DNA from: the human T2T-CHM13v2.0 reference genome, Homo sapiens
Length of the DNA: 64,000 bases
Strand: one strand, 5' to 3'
NCBI RefSeq assembly: GCF_009914755.1
Contig: NC_060929.1
Part shown: positions 45,090 to 58,006 of the stretch, piece by piece
Layout: each line of letters opens with the position of its first letter
Position numbering within the stretch: position 1 is the first letter of the stretch
Notes under the pieces: generated by a model
Database searches by the model: none
What the model saw: the letters and a program-made list of their open reading frames with translations, nothing else
Told to the model about the DNA's origin: nothing
Made by a program: the position numbers and the translations under genes

Positions 45090-47060
45090 TAAAAAATTGA
45101 AGTGCCACATACATAGAAGAAGTGGACAAACCATAAGTGTGCATAGAATTTTGCAAGTTTAAAAGTCTCCATGTAACCATCATCCAGATTAAGGCTTAGA
45201 ACTTTTATTGTCCCTCAGATCTCTTTCCAGTCATCACCAACTGCCGCAAAAGCAACCACTACTTTCACATCTGTCACCATGATTACTGTTGCCTGTTCTT
45301 GAATTTTATACGATGGGGACCATACACATGTACTTTGTGTCTGGCTTTTTCTTTTCACATTATGTTTGCGAGAGTCATCCATTCTGTTGCAGGTAGCAGT
45401 AGTTCATTCCTTTTTAGTACTGTGTAGTATCTCTAGTATTCATTTTTTGATGAATATACCACAGTTTATTCATTGTATTGTTATTGGGTATTTGGGATTG
45501 TTCCCAGTTTTTGTCTATCACAAATAAGTCTGCTTTGAATATTTTGTCCATGTTTTGGTTACTTGTTATGAGTTTACATGGGTATAAAATGGGATGTAAT
45601 TTTTTGGCCATTGAGTATGCACATGTTCAGCTTTAGTATATATTGCCAAACTGTTCCAAAATAGATGCATCAATTGTGTTGTACAAGAGGTTCAGTTGTT
45701 CCACACCCTTTCTCAGTTTGTATTGTCAGGATTTTTGTTTTCCATTTTTATCCTTTTGATAGATGGGATGGTTTTATTTTTTATTTCTCCTGTGGTTAAT
45801 GAGGTTGAGTCTCTTTTCATATGTTTATTGCCATTTGAGTATCCTCTTTTGTGAAGTACCTATTTAAGTCTTTTGATGATTTTTTAATTAAATTGGGGTT
45901 GTCTTTTTCTTACTGTTTATAGCTCTTTGGTACATTTTGAATTCTATCTTTTTTCATATAAAAGTTATGCAAATGTTGTCTCCTACTATGTAGCCTGCAT
46001 TTTCACTTTCTCATGCTGTCTTTTGATGAACAGAAATTTTTAATTTTAATTAATCAAATATAACTATTTTTCTTTATGTTTAGAACTTGTTCTGTTTGAA
46101 AAATTTTTGTTTATCATTTGGTTCTGAAGCTACATTCTTATGAAGCTATCCTCTAGAAGCTTAATTGTCTTGCCTTCAACATTTAGGTCTATAATCTATC
46201 TGAAATGGATTGCTGTGAATTGTGTGAGGGTAGGGATCAAGATACATTTTGGCTTATATAGATATCCAGCACCATTTATTGAAAAGACCATACTTTCTTC
46301 CACAGCACCACAGTGTCATCTTTGTCATTAATCATGAATGAGACTGCATTTGTGTGTGGGTCTGTGTCTACACTCTCTATTCACTTTTGTTGGTCTGTTT
46401 GACTCATCTCACACTGTCTTAATTATTAACACTACAGTTTTATAATAGGTTTTAATATCTGATAGTAAAAGTCTTCCAGTTTGTTCTCCTTCCCAAAATT
46501 GCATTGGTTACTGTTAGTCCTTTGTAATTCTACATAGGTGTAGGTCATCTTTTAAATTTCTACCAAAAAAAAAAAAAATTGAAGGGGATTTTGAGTGGGA
46601 TTGCATTGAATCTTTGGTTTGATTTGAGCACAAATAACTACAATTATTGGGCCATCTAATCGATGAACGTGGTGTATTTTGTGTATTAATGCAATTGATT
46701 TTTGCATTTTAGCCTTGTATCCAGTAACTTTGTTAAATTTATTTATTATTTTTAGTTATTTGTGGATTCTTTATGGATTTCCTATATATGAGTAATGGCA
46801 TATATATGTCTTCCTTTCCAAAGCTTTAAATCTTTCCATCTACTTTCTTACCATGTACAATGGCTGTGTCCTCTAGTATAATGTTGAGTAGGCGTGGTGA
46901 AAGCAGACATAATTTTCTAAGAGAGAAAACATTCGTTAGTCATAATGTTTGCTGTAGAATTTTGTAGATTCCCTTTATCAGATTATGGAATTTTCCTTAT
47001 ATTCCTCATTTACAGAGTGTTTTTTCATGACCAGATACTAAATTTTATTATTTTCTTCTT
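45090..47060 (-). mobile_element. Old L1M (MC/MD/ME) fragment
   Basis: ORF2 3' similarity: ccagcaccatttattgaaaag; gggattgcattgaatct. Confidence 0.8.
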
Positions 47061-48030
47061 CTAGGACATTGCTTTGTGTTAGGCCTTTATGTCTTGTGCA
47101 ATGATTGAACCAGTACCCCAAGATGAAAATTTGGTAGAGTATAGGGTCCACCTTAATGCATTTTCTTTCTCTCCAACATTTTTATCCCTTAAGTTCTGGC
47201 TGCTTTAGTTCTTTAATGTCTTCAAAGCTTTTTCTTTCTACAGTTTATCTAGTTATATCTGTTTCTTGTGGGATACTTAAAGTTACTTTGTCTGAACTGG
47301 AAGCATAAATTTAATATTTTCTTTTAATGAACTGGAGAACAAAAGTAAATAACTGAGTTCAGATGGCTGAAAAATTGACGTGGAATAGCCAAGACAGTCA
47401 TTTTGCCATTTGATCATCATTTAACAATTTTTGTAATTTTTCTTATGTGTTGTCCTGATAGAATTCTTACATTTAAGATTAAAGTTGTTGCCTTTTAATG
47501 TAAAAACCATGTGAATATTTTTATTTGGTTATTCTTAAAGGTGTCCTAAATATTTACTTTTTATGAGCTACCAAGAGACTTTCTAGAGAAATTTACTTTA
47601 AATAATTACTTTAAAAAATACTCTAGCACAGGTACTGAGTTATTTTTCTACCCTTAAAGATTGAATTAAGTTTTTGAGAAAGCCTACTAGGCTACTTATC
47701 TAAACTGCTCTGGGACATTGCCAAGAAGGAAGTATTTTTATCTTGGCTCATACCAAAAACTAATTGAAATATTTTCAAAGGCTATACTTTATTGTTAATA
47801 CTAATTCTGTAGCATGCTATAGATTTCTAAACTTTGAAGTTCAAAATGGTTTTTATTGTCTAAATAAAATCCTTTGTTTTATGTTTGAGGAAAGTGAGAC
47901 TCAGAAATATTTAGATCGTAGACTATTTTGTCACTCTTATTATTTATACTTTCCTGAGCTCATCTGTATCTGCTGGATATGAAGTTAATGCCATATTTCC
48001 TTCTATTCGTGACTCATTTCTTTTATGGTT

Positions 48031-48070
48031 ACACACACACACGCGTGCACACACACACACACACACACAC
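48031..48070. repeat. (AC)n with embedded GCGTGC
   Basis: Direct read; 40 bp of continuous purine-pyrimidine alternation. Confidence 0.95.
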
Positions 48071-48109
48071 AGTCTTCTTCCTAGTAATGCTTGTGAGTAA
48101 TAATACTCT

Positions 48110-48300
48110 TAGTGTTAGCTAAAACATATTGAGTGCGTATTATTTGCTGTAAATTGCTTAAAGTACTTTATTTAACTTATTTAGTTATCTGAACATTTTC
48201 TGGTAGGTCCTATGATTGTTCCCATTGTAGATGAGGAAATTGAGGCACAAATAGATTAACTTGCCCAAGATCACTCTCTGTTTGGTGAAGCCAAGATACA
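48110..48300 (-). mobile_element. MIR
   Basis: cccattgtagatgaggaaattgaggcaca...taacttgcccaagatcac. Confidence 0.8.
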
Positions 48301-48496
48301 TTGGCTACACCAAATTGAATACAGTTGAAAATTGCTTATCTTTAATATAAACATAAGGATTTAGAAATAATCATCTATTTTGCTGTAAAAATATATTGCA
48401 CCACAACTAGATTACAGTCACTTATATTTGCCTTATCAGTATCATTGTTGTAAATGTTCCAGTCGCAATTTTGTCTTTGCAGTGAATAAGTGATAG

Positions 48497-48836
<340 letters not shown>

Positions 48837-48986
48837 AGTTGTAAGCTTTTTTCTTAGAGCCCTATTCACTGTAACGTGGATAGACAGAGAAGTTATGTAA
48901 TATGCTCAAAACACATGTCAGATAAGTGGTAGAGATGGAATTCAAAGCTATGCTATTGCTACCTTGAATCAAAATGACTTGCAATA

Positions 48987-48988
<2 letters not shown>

Positions 48989-49031
<43 letters not shown>

Positions 49032-49035
49032 GTGT
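48989..49035. repeat. (TG)17 microsatellite with degenerate tail
   Basis: Direct read. Confidence 0.97.
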
Positions 49036-49873
49036 AGGAAACAACAAAATCCGCATCTTTCTTTTAAAAGGAACACATTCCCTGTTAAATAATCTGTTTA
49101 TTTTTGACAGGACTGCCTTTTAATATCTGTTTACAAGATTTGGTATCGTGTTTCTTTTTGTCTTTGATTTGTAGAATAGTTTGAACTCATAAAAACGAAT
49201 TTCTTACTGCTGATTTAAATCATTAGTCAGAAAGACCGGTGTGTTTAAGCAGCCAGACTTGCCATTCTTAGCACTCCTTGGATTTAACTTCTACTCAGTG
49301 TTACCTACTGGTAGAGTAAGTTCATTTTTTTAAAATGACCTGCTGTTCTTAAAGTCCCTTCTCCTTCACAAGAACTCAACTGGGGGAAAACGGAGATAGA
49401 GGAGGGTATGATATATGAAATACCTTATGGCTAACAGAATTATTCTTCTAGACTTTATGGCTAATAAAACTGTTATTGTAGACTTCTGGAACACTTTAAT
49501 ATGTCTTTTATTTTTGCTGCTGCCCTCATCTTTCATTTATGTGGATTAATCCATGCCCAAATCATTGTACACTTTGAAATTCTAGAGATATGTAGGAGTT
49601 TTCATATTCACTGATTTGTAGATCTAAATAGCTCTCCTTTTAACTGCTGAAGTGTATAAGTTTTCCCTTAGTTTAATTTGGGCCTTAATGTAAGTAAAAA
49701 AAAAGTCACTATTATTTTCTTCCCTGCTTCTGATTTTTATAAAATCTGAGCTATGTATTCATCTTAACTTGGAAACACATGTTAAATATTTATTATTAAC
49801 TTTCCCTAACAGTGTAAGAAGTAAATAATTTTAAGATAGAATGAATAATTGAAGTGCATTTTTTTAAAACTAG

Positions 49874-50076
49874 ATACAGTTTGGAACTTTATCAGATTTT
49901 TTTGATGCGCTGGATAAAGCAGATGAAACTCAGAGAGACAAGGGCCAATCGATGTTCCCTGTTTTAAGTGGAGATTTTTTCACTTATGCCGATCGAGATG
50001 ATCATTACTGGAGTGGCTATTTTACATCCAGACCCTTTTACAAACGAATGGACAGAATCATGGAATCTCATTTAAG
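49874..50076 (+). CDS. MAN2A1: MAN2A1 exon (probably 9), 203 nt, phase 0->2
   Basis: aaaactag|ATACAG ... TTTAAG|gtactt; encodes [67 protein letters not shown], with GH38 motifs GDFFTYAD and [10 protein letters not shown]. Confidence 0.97.
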
Positions 50077-50729
50077 GTACTTTTACCTTTCTATAGCTAC
50101 ATGTATTTTTTCACTTTATATTATCATAATCTTTTTGTAGAGTTTTACGTAATATACATCATTCATGTAGTACATTATGTAGTGTTAAGCTCTAATTAAG
50201 CACTTAGTGTAATTGTGAAATTTTAATGCAATCAGAAATACGTCTCCAAACTACAATCAAATTATTACATGGGTTTTTGTTCTGGAAGAAAAAATAGTTT
50301 ATTTAAATTAGATTTTTAAGGAGTTGTATTCTACATTTTGTATTTTTCTAATTAATTTACCTGTGTTATTTGCACACCATATTAATATTCAGTGACACCA
50401 TCATGAGTGTCTGCAGGCTGGTAATCTGATAGGCTTCTCATTGGAAACATAGGTGAGCATCAAAGAAGGAAATAGGGCCTCCCAGCAGCCAAACGTGAGC
50501 TTCAAAGTTCACAGTCCAAAACTAATGTATTTTGTATGTGGGAGAACTTTAGACTAGGCTTCATCTCAGTTCTTACATACTTATTTGAAGCACATTTCTA
50601 TAGGCACAGTCATCTGCATAGAAGAACAACATTTGAAAAAATGATGACTGATGGGTCAGATAGTGATTGAAAATGTAAATGGATACAGAGAAGACAGAAA
50701 AGTCTGTAGAAGACATAAAAACACTAAAC

Positions 50730-50920
50730 TGACACTATCCAGGAGAACTTTCAATCACTGATAGAATGTTCTATAGTGATAGGTTCTATTTCTGCACTGT
50801 CCAAAATATAGTCATTAGGTACATGTGACTATTGAGCACTTGAAATGTGCCCATTTAATTTTAATTAATTTAAATGTCAATAGCCATGTGTGGCTATGGC
50901 TACCATATTGGAGAGCATGG
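50730..50920. mobile_element. MER3-like hAT-Charlie MITE
   Basis: tctgcactgtccaa...acatgtgactattgagcacttgaaatgtg...tagccatgtgtggcta...ctaccatattgga. Confidence 0.8.
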
Positions 50921-51250
50921 TCCTAAGTAACTAACGGAGGCTGGTTGTTGATAAAGTTAAAACTACTCCAGAGGCTCCCAAAGTTTTCTCTATGTATAGA
51001 CCAGTAAAGTAATTCATTTTCATGATGAATCTTGATGTTTGAGTTAGATTGTACTTACCGTCTTTTATATACTAGTGGACATTGGTTACATTTTGGAAAG
51101 GCTTTTTATTAAAAATTATGAATTTAAGAGTTGTATTTTTATATGGTAGTTTTTTATTGTTAATATTGTGCTGCTATTAAATACTATTTCAAAAGCCTAA
51201 CCTTTTACTGTTACTCGTAATATGCCAGAAAAATGTCTCATTTTAAAAAA

Positions 51251-51438
51251 TTATTTTCATTATTATAGATACATATTAGTTGTACATATTTATGGAGTAC
51301 ATGTGATATTTTGATATAAGCATACAGTATATAATCAAATCGTAATTTGTATATTCATCATTTATGTGTTTCAAAATAACTAAAAGTAGAATTGGAATGT
51401 TTCTTACAAAGAAATAACTGCTTGAGGTAATGGAATAT
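51251..51438. mobile_element. Short L1MA 3'-end fragment with internal inversion
   Basis: 51251-51360 is minus-strand 3'UTR end; 51361-51438 is plus-strand upstream 3'UTR (tttcaaaataactaaaagtagaattggaatg). Confidence 0.7.
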
Positions 51439-52349
51439 ATCTTATTAAATTTAAAATAATGTTTACATATTATAGTGACTATCCATTCTTACCCTACAGA
51501 ATATCAACCAGTTATCTCTTATACTATTCTAAACTTTTCTGTTATAAAGTGGGTTATATTCTCAATAATGTAGAGATCGTTTTGGACCACTGAATTAGTG
51601 ATTTTTAAGTGCCAAAAAGAATATTGGTTTATCTTAATTTATTGAACATATTCAAGGCATTGTGGTTACTGCTAGTAATATATTTGGAAAATCCTGCTGC
51701 ATTAAAACAAACCAAAAAACCATACAATAGTTATGACTTTCCAAATGTATTTATTTATACATAAGTTTGTCTGAAAATAGTAATATTTCATCTCTCTGCT
51801 CATTTGCAAAATGTGGATAAAATATAAAAGTATAGGGAAGACAATATTTCCCAAATCTTCTTTTTAACATTTTAGGGTGTCTGGATATGCATATGTACTC
51901 CTTTTAAAACCAGGAATATTTGCCATGGATATACGTTAACATAGATACACAATTTAGTTAATTCAAGCTTAGTGATTGTTACTTCATGATTTTTGGAAGG
52001 ATTAGAATTTAAAAGTGGAGATTGTTTACTCTCCTTTGATTATTTCTACAGTTTAGAGAAATGCATCATTTTACAAACAAAGTATTTCTAGTGTCTCCTC
52101 TTTTCTGAATCTTGATAACATTTTCAAGTTGCCTTGATTCTGTCTGCATTGTCCTTAAAACATGTTTCGTGTATAGAACCTTCTTATACTTTTTACTTCA
52201 TCAAGCCATGTCTCCTTTTAAATAAGTTTTTAAGAAAAACTTATCTTGAGCCATATCCTCTGATGAAAAAACATAAAAGGTGGAAATTATAGCCCCCATG
52301 TTCTTCTTAGACTGAAGGTTTTTTCCTTTAAAATATACTACAAAGGACA

Positions 52350-52624
52350 TTTTTTTTTTAAGAGACAGAGTCTTGCTCTGTTGCCCAGGCTGGAGTGTAG
52401 TAGTGTGATCCTAGTTCACTGCGGCCTCAAACTCTTGGGCTCAAGTGATCCTCCCACCTCAGCCTCCTGAGTAGTTAGGACTATAGGTGCATGTCACTAC
52501 ACCTGGCTAAGATAGAGTCTCTCTATGTTGTCCAGGCTGGTCTTGAACTCCTGGGTTCAAGTGATTTTCCTGCCTTGGTCTCCCAAGATGCTAGGATTAC
52601 AGGCATAAGCCACCATGCCCAGCC
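52350..52624 (-). mobile_element. AluJ lacking the central linker
   Basis: acctggctaa|gatagagtct junction; flanking gacat repeats. Confidence 0.9.
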
Positions 52625-53221
52625 GACATACTGTTTATCATCTTTCAGTTTGTATTGTTAAATTCTCTGTATTTGTTATATGTTATCATTCAAAACTGAA
52701 ACTAACCCTTTCCCCTGAACTATTCTTGGGCCATTATTTTCTGCCTCTCCTCTCCTCTGAGTGTCCCGCTCACCGACCATGCCTTTCTTTCTCATTTCTC
52801 TTAATGTGTATATGTGAGAGTAAATGATATTCTGGTGATGTTCATGGTCTATGTGTGTGTTGCTCTTGGAGAGAAGAAAGGACAGAGAAATTTATCCAAT
52901 TTTTCAGATTTTTTTCACTGTGCTATTCATAAATAAGCCTGTCTTGCTGCCAACAGGTTCTGGCTTCTTTTTCAGGATCATCTAGAACAAGGACTCCTGA
53001 TACCAGTGTAGACATGGTATTCTTTGATGATTGAGAACGTAAATGTGTTATACGGGATACATTGGTTGTTTTATATGAACTATTATTACCAATATCTTTT
53101 TCATAAATTGCTTGTACTGCAATTATGGATTAAAAAATTTGTAAAGTATCAATGTCACAAGTTTTAGATTATAAGCTAAAGTGTTTGTTTTAAAATAAAA
53201 ATATGACTTTTATGCAATTAG

Positions 53222-53404
53222 GGCTGCTGAAATTCTTTACTATTTCGCCCTGAGACAAGCTCACAAATACAAGATAAATAAATTTCTCTCATCATCACTT
53301 TACACGGCACTGACAGAAGCCAGAAGGAATTTGGGACTGTTTCAACATCATGATGCTATCACAGGAACTGCAAAAGACTGGGTGGTTGTGGATTATGGTA
53401 CCAG
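53222..53404 (+). CDS. MAN2A1: MAN2A1 exon (probably 10), 183 nt, phase 2->2; [11 protein letters not shown] zinc-ligand motif
   Basis: tatgcaattag|GGCTGCT ... GGTACCAG|gtaatc; encodes [60 protein letters not shown]. Confidence 0.97.
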
Positions 53405-56400
53405 GTAATCTAATTATAGAAAAATCATCTTTAAAAAAATCATTAAAATTATGGGTAATAAGATTATATCTTTTGGTGAAGTTGTTAGTGTATATCAAAC
53501 CACATTAACAATGATATCCCTCATAAGTATTACTGTATCAAAACAGCACTGATATTCAAATATTAAGAAATCTGTTGACAGAGTCCCAGCTGCACCAACT
53601 TTTTATTGCAATGCATTTCTGCAAATAGGGTAGTAAAATATTATTACTACTGTTTAAAGCTGATCCTATTTTCTTCTAAATAACAGTGTGGAGACTGGAG
53701 TTATCTTCTTGACCAAGGACTTGGCATCAAATAAAACATAGTTATAATGTAGAGAGATAAAGATTCCTACTTCATTGTATGTCAGTTTAATCTCATCCTA
53801 TTTCATATCCAATTGTTCTTGTATACTTCTTTTTTTTTTTTTAAGAGGCATATTGACATAATAAGCTGAGAAGCATAGCCAGGAAGGAAAAAGACCTATA
53901 AACCTTATCATATGTGGATGATATAAGCCATTGGGAATGAGAAAGGATGACCTGGGTGTTGGTATCAAAGCCATCTTTAACTCATTGAAGGGCTCTCAGA
54001 TGGGCAAGGGAGTAGAAGCTAAGTTATTTCTATATTAAAGACTTTGAAACAATGAGTATAGGCATGGTCTGAGATAACAGAGGACTTGGCAAACAGAGCT
54101 TCCTAATAAGGGGGAAGAAATCTTACCTTTTGTAGTAGGGAGTTCTCTATCCTCACGCCAGCCTTTGGATGACCATTCATTCATTAGGATCAGTGCAGGG
54201 GGCATTCCTAGATTGGGGAAGGAGTTTTGACTATTTTATTTACTGTAGTTTAGACTATTCTTCCTGATACTGTTTATCAGCAGTGTTGTGCTTTGATAAC
54301 ATTTTAAAGTCATTTAAAATATACTGTGATTTTCTTAAAGAATAGATTTTAAAAGTGAATATCCTTAGTACTACTCCTTGATGAGAAAAGCGTATACAAC
54401 ACATAAAATCAATGTTAAAAAATTGACTCACGACTTATATTACTAATTGTAGTAAATGTTAATTAAATTTTTAGTTACAATATTTTGACTGGCTTTCTAG
54501 AAATTGGGGGAAAAAGATATTCTTGGGTTTTCATTAGTTGATTTCAGTCCTTAAAAAATGCATTCAAAGTAGTATCTTGAATATCTTCTCCATTTTTTAA
54601 TGGCAAATATATATGACACCCACCTGTCGAGGTTGATCTGGGGTTAAAGTAGAAAACCCTCATTAGATGATAAAGATGGTATTTCTCCCACAGAAACCAT
54701 TTTTGAAAGTAAGGTCAGATCCTCCTTTTTTCCTTCTTACCTGCTCCTGGCCTGCTTGGTTTGTTGAGAGTTTAAAAGTGAGACTGCTTAGAATCAGACC
54801 AGGGTAGAGCTCCTAAGAGGACATAGAAAAGTCATTTTCCTACACCGCCCACTTGCTATCTCTGGCTGTCATATCGAAAGAGATTTGCTTATAGGTCATT
54901 GAGCTTTGGCTACAGAAGATTTTTTGTATCTTGACCTGTCTGGAAGAGCTATCATTGGTTCCTCCATATGTTTTGTGTTGCTTTTAGCTTATAAAAACTT
55001 CCCCGTGTAGAATTGCGTGTTAGAGAAAAAAAGGTAGTAAGTCTCAAACTGTACTTGGCATTTGTAAATTTGCTATGTTAGTACTTCACAGTTCATTGAA
55101 AAGTCATAAACAATTACCAAGTCATTAGCACAGACATTTTAAGGAGGAAATTTCAAAACATAAGTTAGAGAATTATTAACAAAGAGGTAGTTAGTATTGG
55201 GTGTTCTCTTGAACTTGGACTGATGACTACTATTCATTCAAATTTGGCAGAAATATCACTGTGAACAAGTTTATGAATTAGGGGTGCATTTGGCTGCGAG
55301 TAATAGCAACCAGAAACAGAATAAATCCTGTCCTGCTTATTTTTATGTCATATGAGAAAAATCTGTAGACAACTGGTTCTGGTATGGCAGCTCTGCAGTG
55401 TCATCAGGCATTCAGGCCCTTCTTTCTCCTCTGCCATAGTAGGGGGAATCTGAGAGCATGCTATCAACAATAGATCGAATGTGTATATAGTTACAAACTG
55501 GAAAGCAAGAATACATCATAGCATATTTGGAGATTAATTCTAATCATGGCATGAAAAAAATGAATTAGATTGGGACAATGTTTGTAATAGTCAGCTTAAA
55601 AGTATTAATAGATAATGTGGCTTATGTAGAAGGGAAGAAGAAATGGTAATGAGGTCATTTAGAGAAATGTTTTAGAATTCCGCTAATTATTCCTAACTTG
55701 TAATTAAGGTAGGTGGGAGAAAACGGAACACAGGGTGAGCGTGAGGGTCCTAAAATGTAGACAAACTATATAGTGGCAGACATGCTAACATCTCCTTAAT
55801 ACAACAACCATAACAGCAAACTAAGAAACTGTGATTCCCAAGTGATTTTTCCCGAACCGTATTCCGTATTAATAGGATAAGTGTATGTTTGGAAATTAGA
55901 GGCCCTGAAAAAAATCCTGTATTAATGAAATGTTGAAACGTTTAGAATTTTGTTTTACCCAATGTTTCCCAAATGTACTGTGTTTCATTTTGTTTTGTTT
56001 TAAGCAAAGCAGCTCTATACATCCTGAGAAAACATTTGGGGAGTGATATACTGTAGTCTTTAGTACTCATCTTATGAGAAGGCTGCATGTGTGCCTTTAG
56101 GATGCAGACATTGATCCTGGCTTTCACTCAGTTTAATTAGGACTCTTTAATACATCTGGTTTTAGGTGGTGGAGAACATGACTTTCACTCTGCAGATTCA
56201 GGCTGCCTAATAAAGATAGCCCTGTAGACAATAGAAAGGAACTTAGATTGAGGGTCTTGCTGTCATAACTGAACCATATTCGTATGGTGTTTTAGTATGG
56301 TGAAAACACTTAATGCTGTCTAGGAAAACATTTGAATATGTTGGGAAGTTTAGTTAGATTATGGCATGAACTCAAATCCATAAGATTTTAGCATTAAAAT

Positions 56401-57412
56401 TATAGATTTGCCATGTAAATGTATTTAATTAATAACATTGATCATGATCACTTACATCTCTGAAGGAAATATTAATGCTCTGCAAAAAAGAAGTTAACTT
56501 CTTTTATAGGTTTTCTTGTTGTTGTTGCATGACAACAAAAATGTCTTTAAGGCATAGATCCAAAGTTGCTTTCTGTATTGGAAAAAATAATATAATTGAA
56601 AACGTGATTAGCGAGGAGTTTCTACGTACTTCTCCAATATGAATTTGCCTATGGATGCCTGGTCTGTAGAGCCTTCAAGAAACGTAACTGAATTAGGAAA
56701 AAAAAAAAAAAAATCTTCAAGCAAGTTCTTTTTCCATGAGTAATGCTTCAGCAGTAGCGGATGTATTTCAGAATTGGTCTGGAATCAGTAGACTTTTGAT
56801 TCCTTAGACATAAAAATACAATTTGAATATAGTTAGTAATTTCAGTGACCAAAAAATTTAACAGGGATAAAGACAATTTCATTATTCACATCTGTCAAAA
56901 ACTCTTGTTCTGGTTCTCTTGAACAAGAACATGAAACTAAATTAAACAAAACATCTATTTTAATTCTTGGGGTATGACTTGTATACGAATTGAATTTTCT
57001 TGTGAGCTGAATTATCTCATGTTTTTATTCATTGTTAAAACCCTTGTTAGAGCTTTTTCTAAAGTAGCAAATCATTGTTTTTTTGATAGAATGCTTCAAA
57101 GTTATTGGGGTGATCCTACTGGATATTATTATTTGGTGCGATATTCATAGAAAGTATACATAGTTTGATTATGTTTATGTGTTTCAGGTGTGTCCAGAAA
57201 GCTTTCGGTTTTAAATGGATTCTTGTCAGTTATATCTTCTGATGTACTTAGTTCTAGGGGAAAAAAGAGCAGGTTTGTCATAGATTCATTATAGGTTTCA
57301 CTTTGAATACAAGATGAAGATACTGGTGGTTTGGCTATTAGTAATGAAACTGAAAATATTGTATGCAGATTTTTAAATTGTTTCTCAGACTAATAAAATT
57401 TTTGATTTACAG

Positions 57413-57527
57413 ACTTTTTCATTCGTTAATGGTTTTGGAGAAGATAATTGGAAATTCTGCATTTCTTCTTATTTTGAAGGACAAACTCACATACGACTCT
57501 TACTCTCCTGATACCTTCCTGGAGATG
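57413..57527 (+). CDS. MAN2A1: MAN2A1 exon (probably 11), 115 nt, phase 2->0
   Basis: gatttacag|ACTTTTT ... GAGATG|gttagt; encodes LFHSLMVLEKIIGNSAFLLILKDKLTYDSYSPDTFLEM and keeps the frame. Confidence 0.95.
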
Positions 57528-57938
57528 GTTAGTAATTTCATCTATGGTCATCATAAAAATGTGTAATTCCATTGTTCTTGCATTAGCAAAGAGGATGAGA
57601 AGCTTAATGAAAAAAGACATTGAAATATAATTTTTTGTACATTATTTGAAAGAATTTTTATCACTTAATATAAATTACCTGTATGTTCATCTTTTCTATA
57701 AATATTTCAAAGTATGTGAAATATGTAGGGTTTTAGAATACTATTAAGATGTTAGTAAGGCAACTGGGGCATTATAACTAGTTGTTTTGCTTGGCTTTAA
57801 TTAGAAACCCCTTGATATTTAACTTTTTATAAGTCCTTAATCTGTTCCTGCTAAACTTGAATTTGAATGGTCTTCTGGTTTCAGGATGAGTCCATGGAGT
57901 GTTAAGTAAAATTAAAAAATTACTGTTCATTTTTATAG

Positions 57939-58006
57939 GATTTGAAACAAAAATCACAAGATTCTCTGCCACAAAAAAATATAATAAGGCTGAGTGCGGA
58001 GCCAAG
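57939..58006 (+). CDS. MAN2A1: MAN2A1 exon (probably 12), 68 nt, phase 0->2
   Basis: catttttatag|GATTTG ... GCCAAG|gtaaat; encodes DLKQKSQDSLPQKNIIRLSAEP and keeps the frame. Confidence 0.93.

Noticed and set aside
53690-54230. Possible L3/CR1 or L2 remnant
   Set aside because: Similarity too degraded to call by eye
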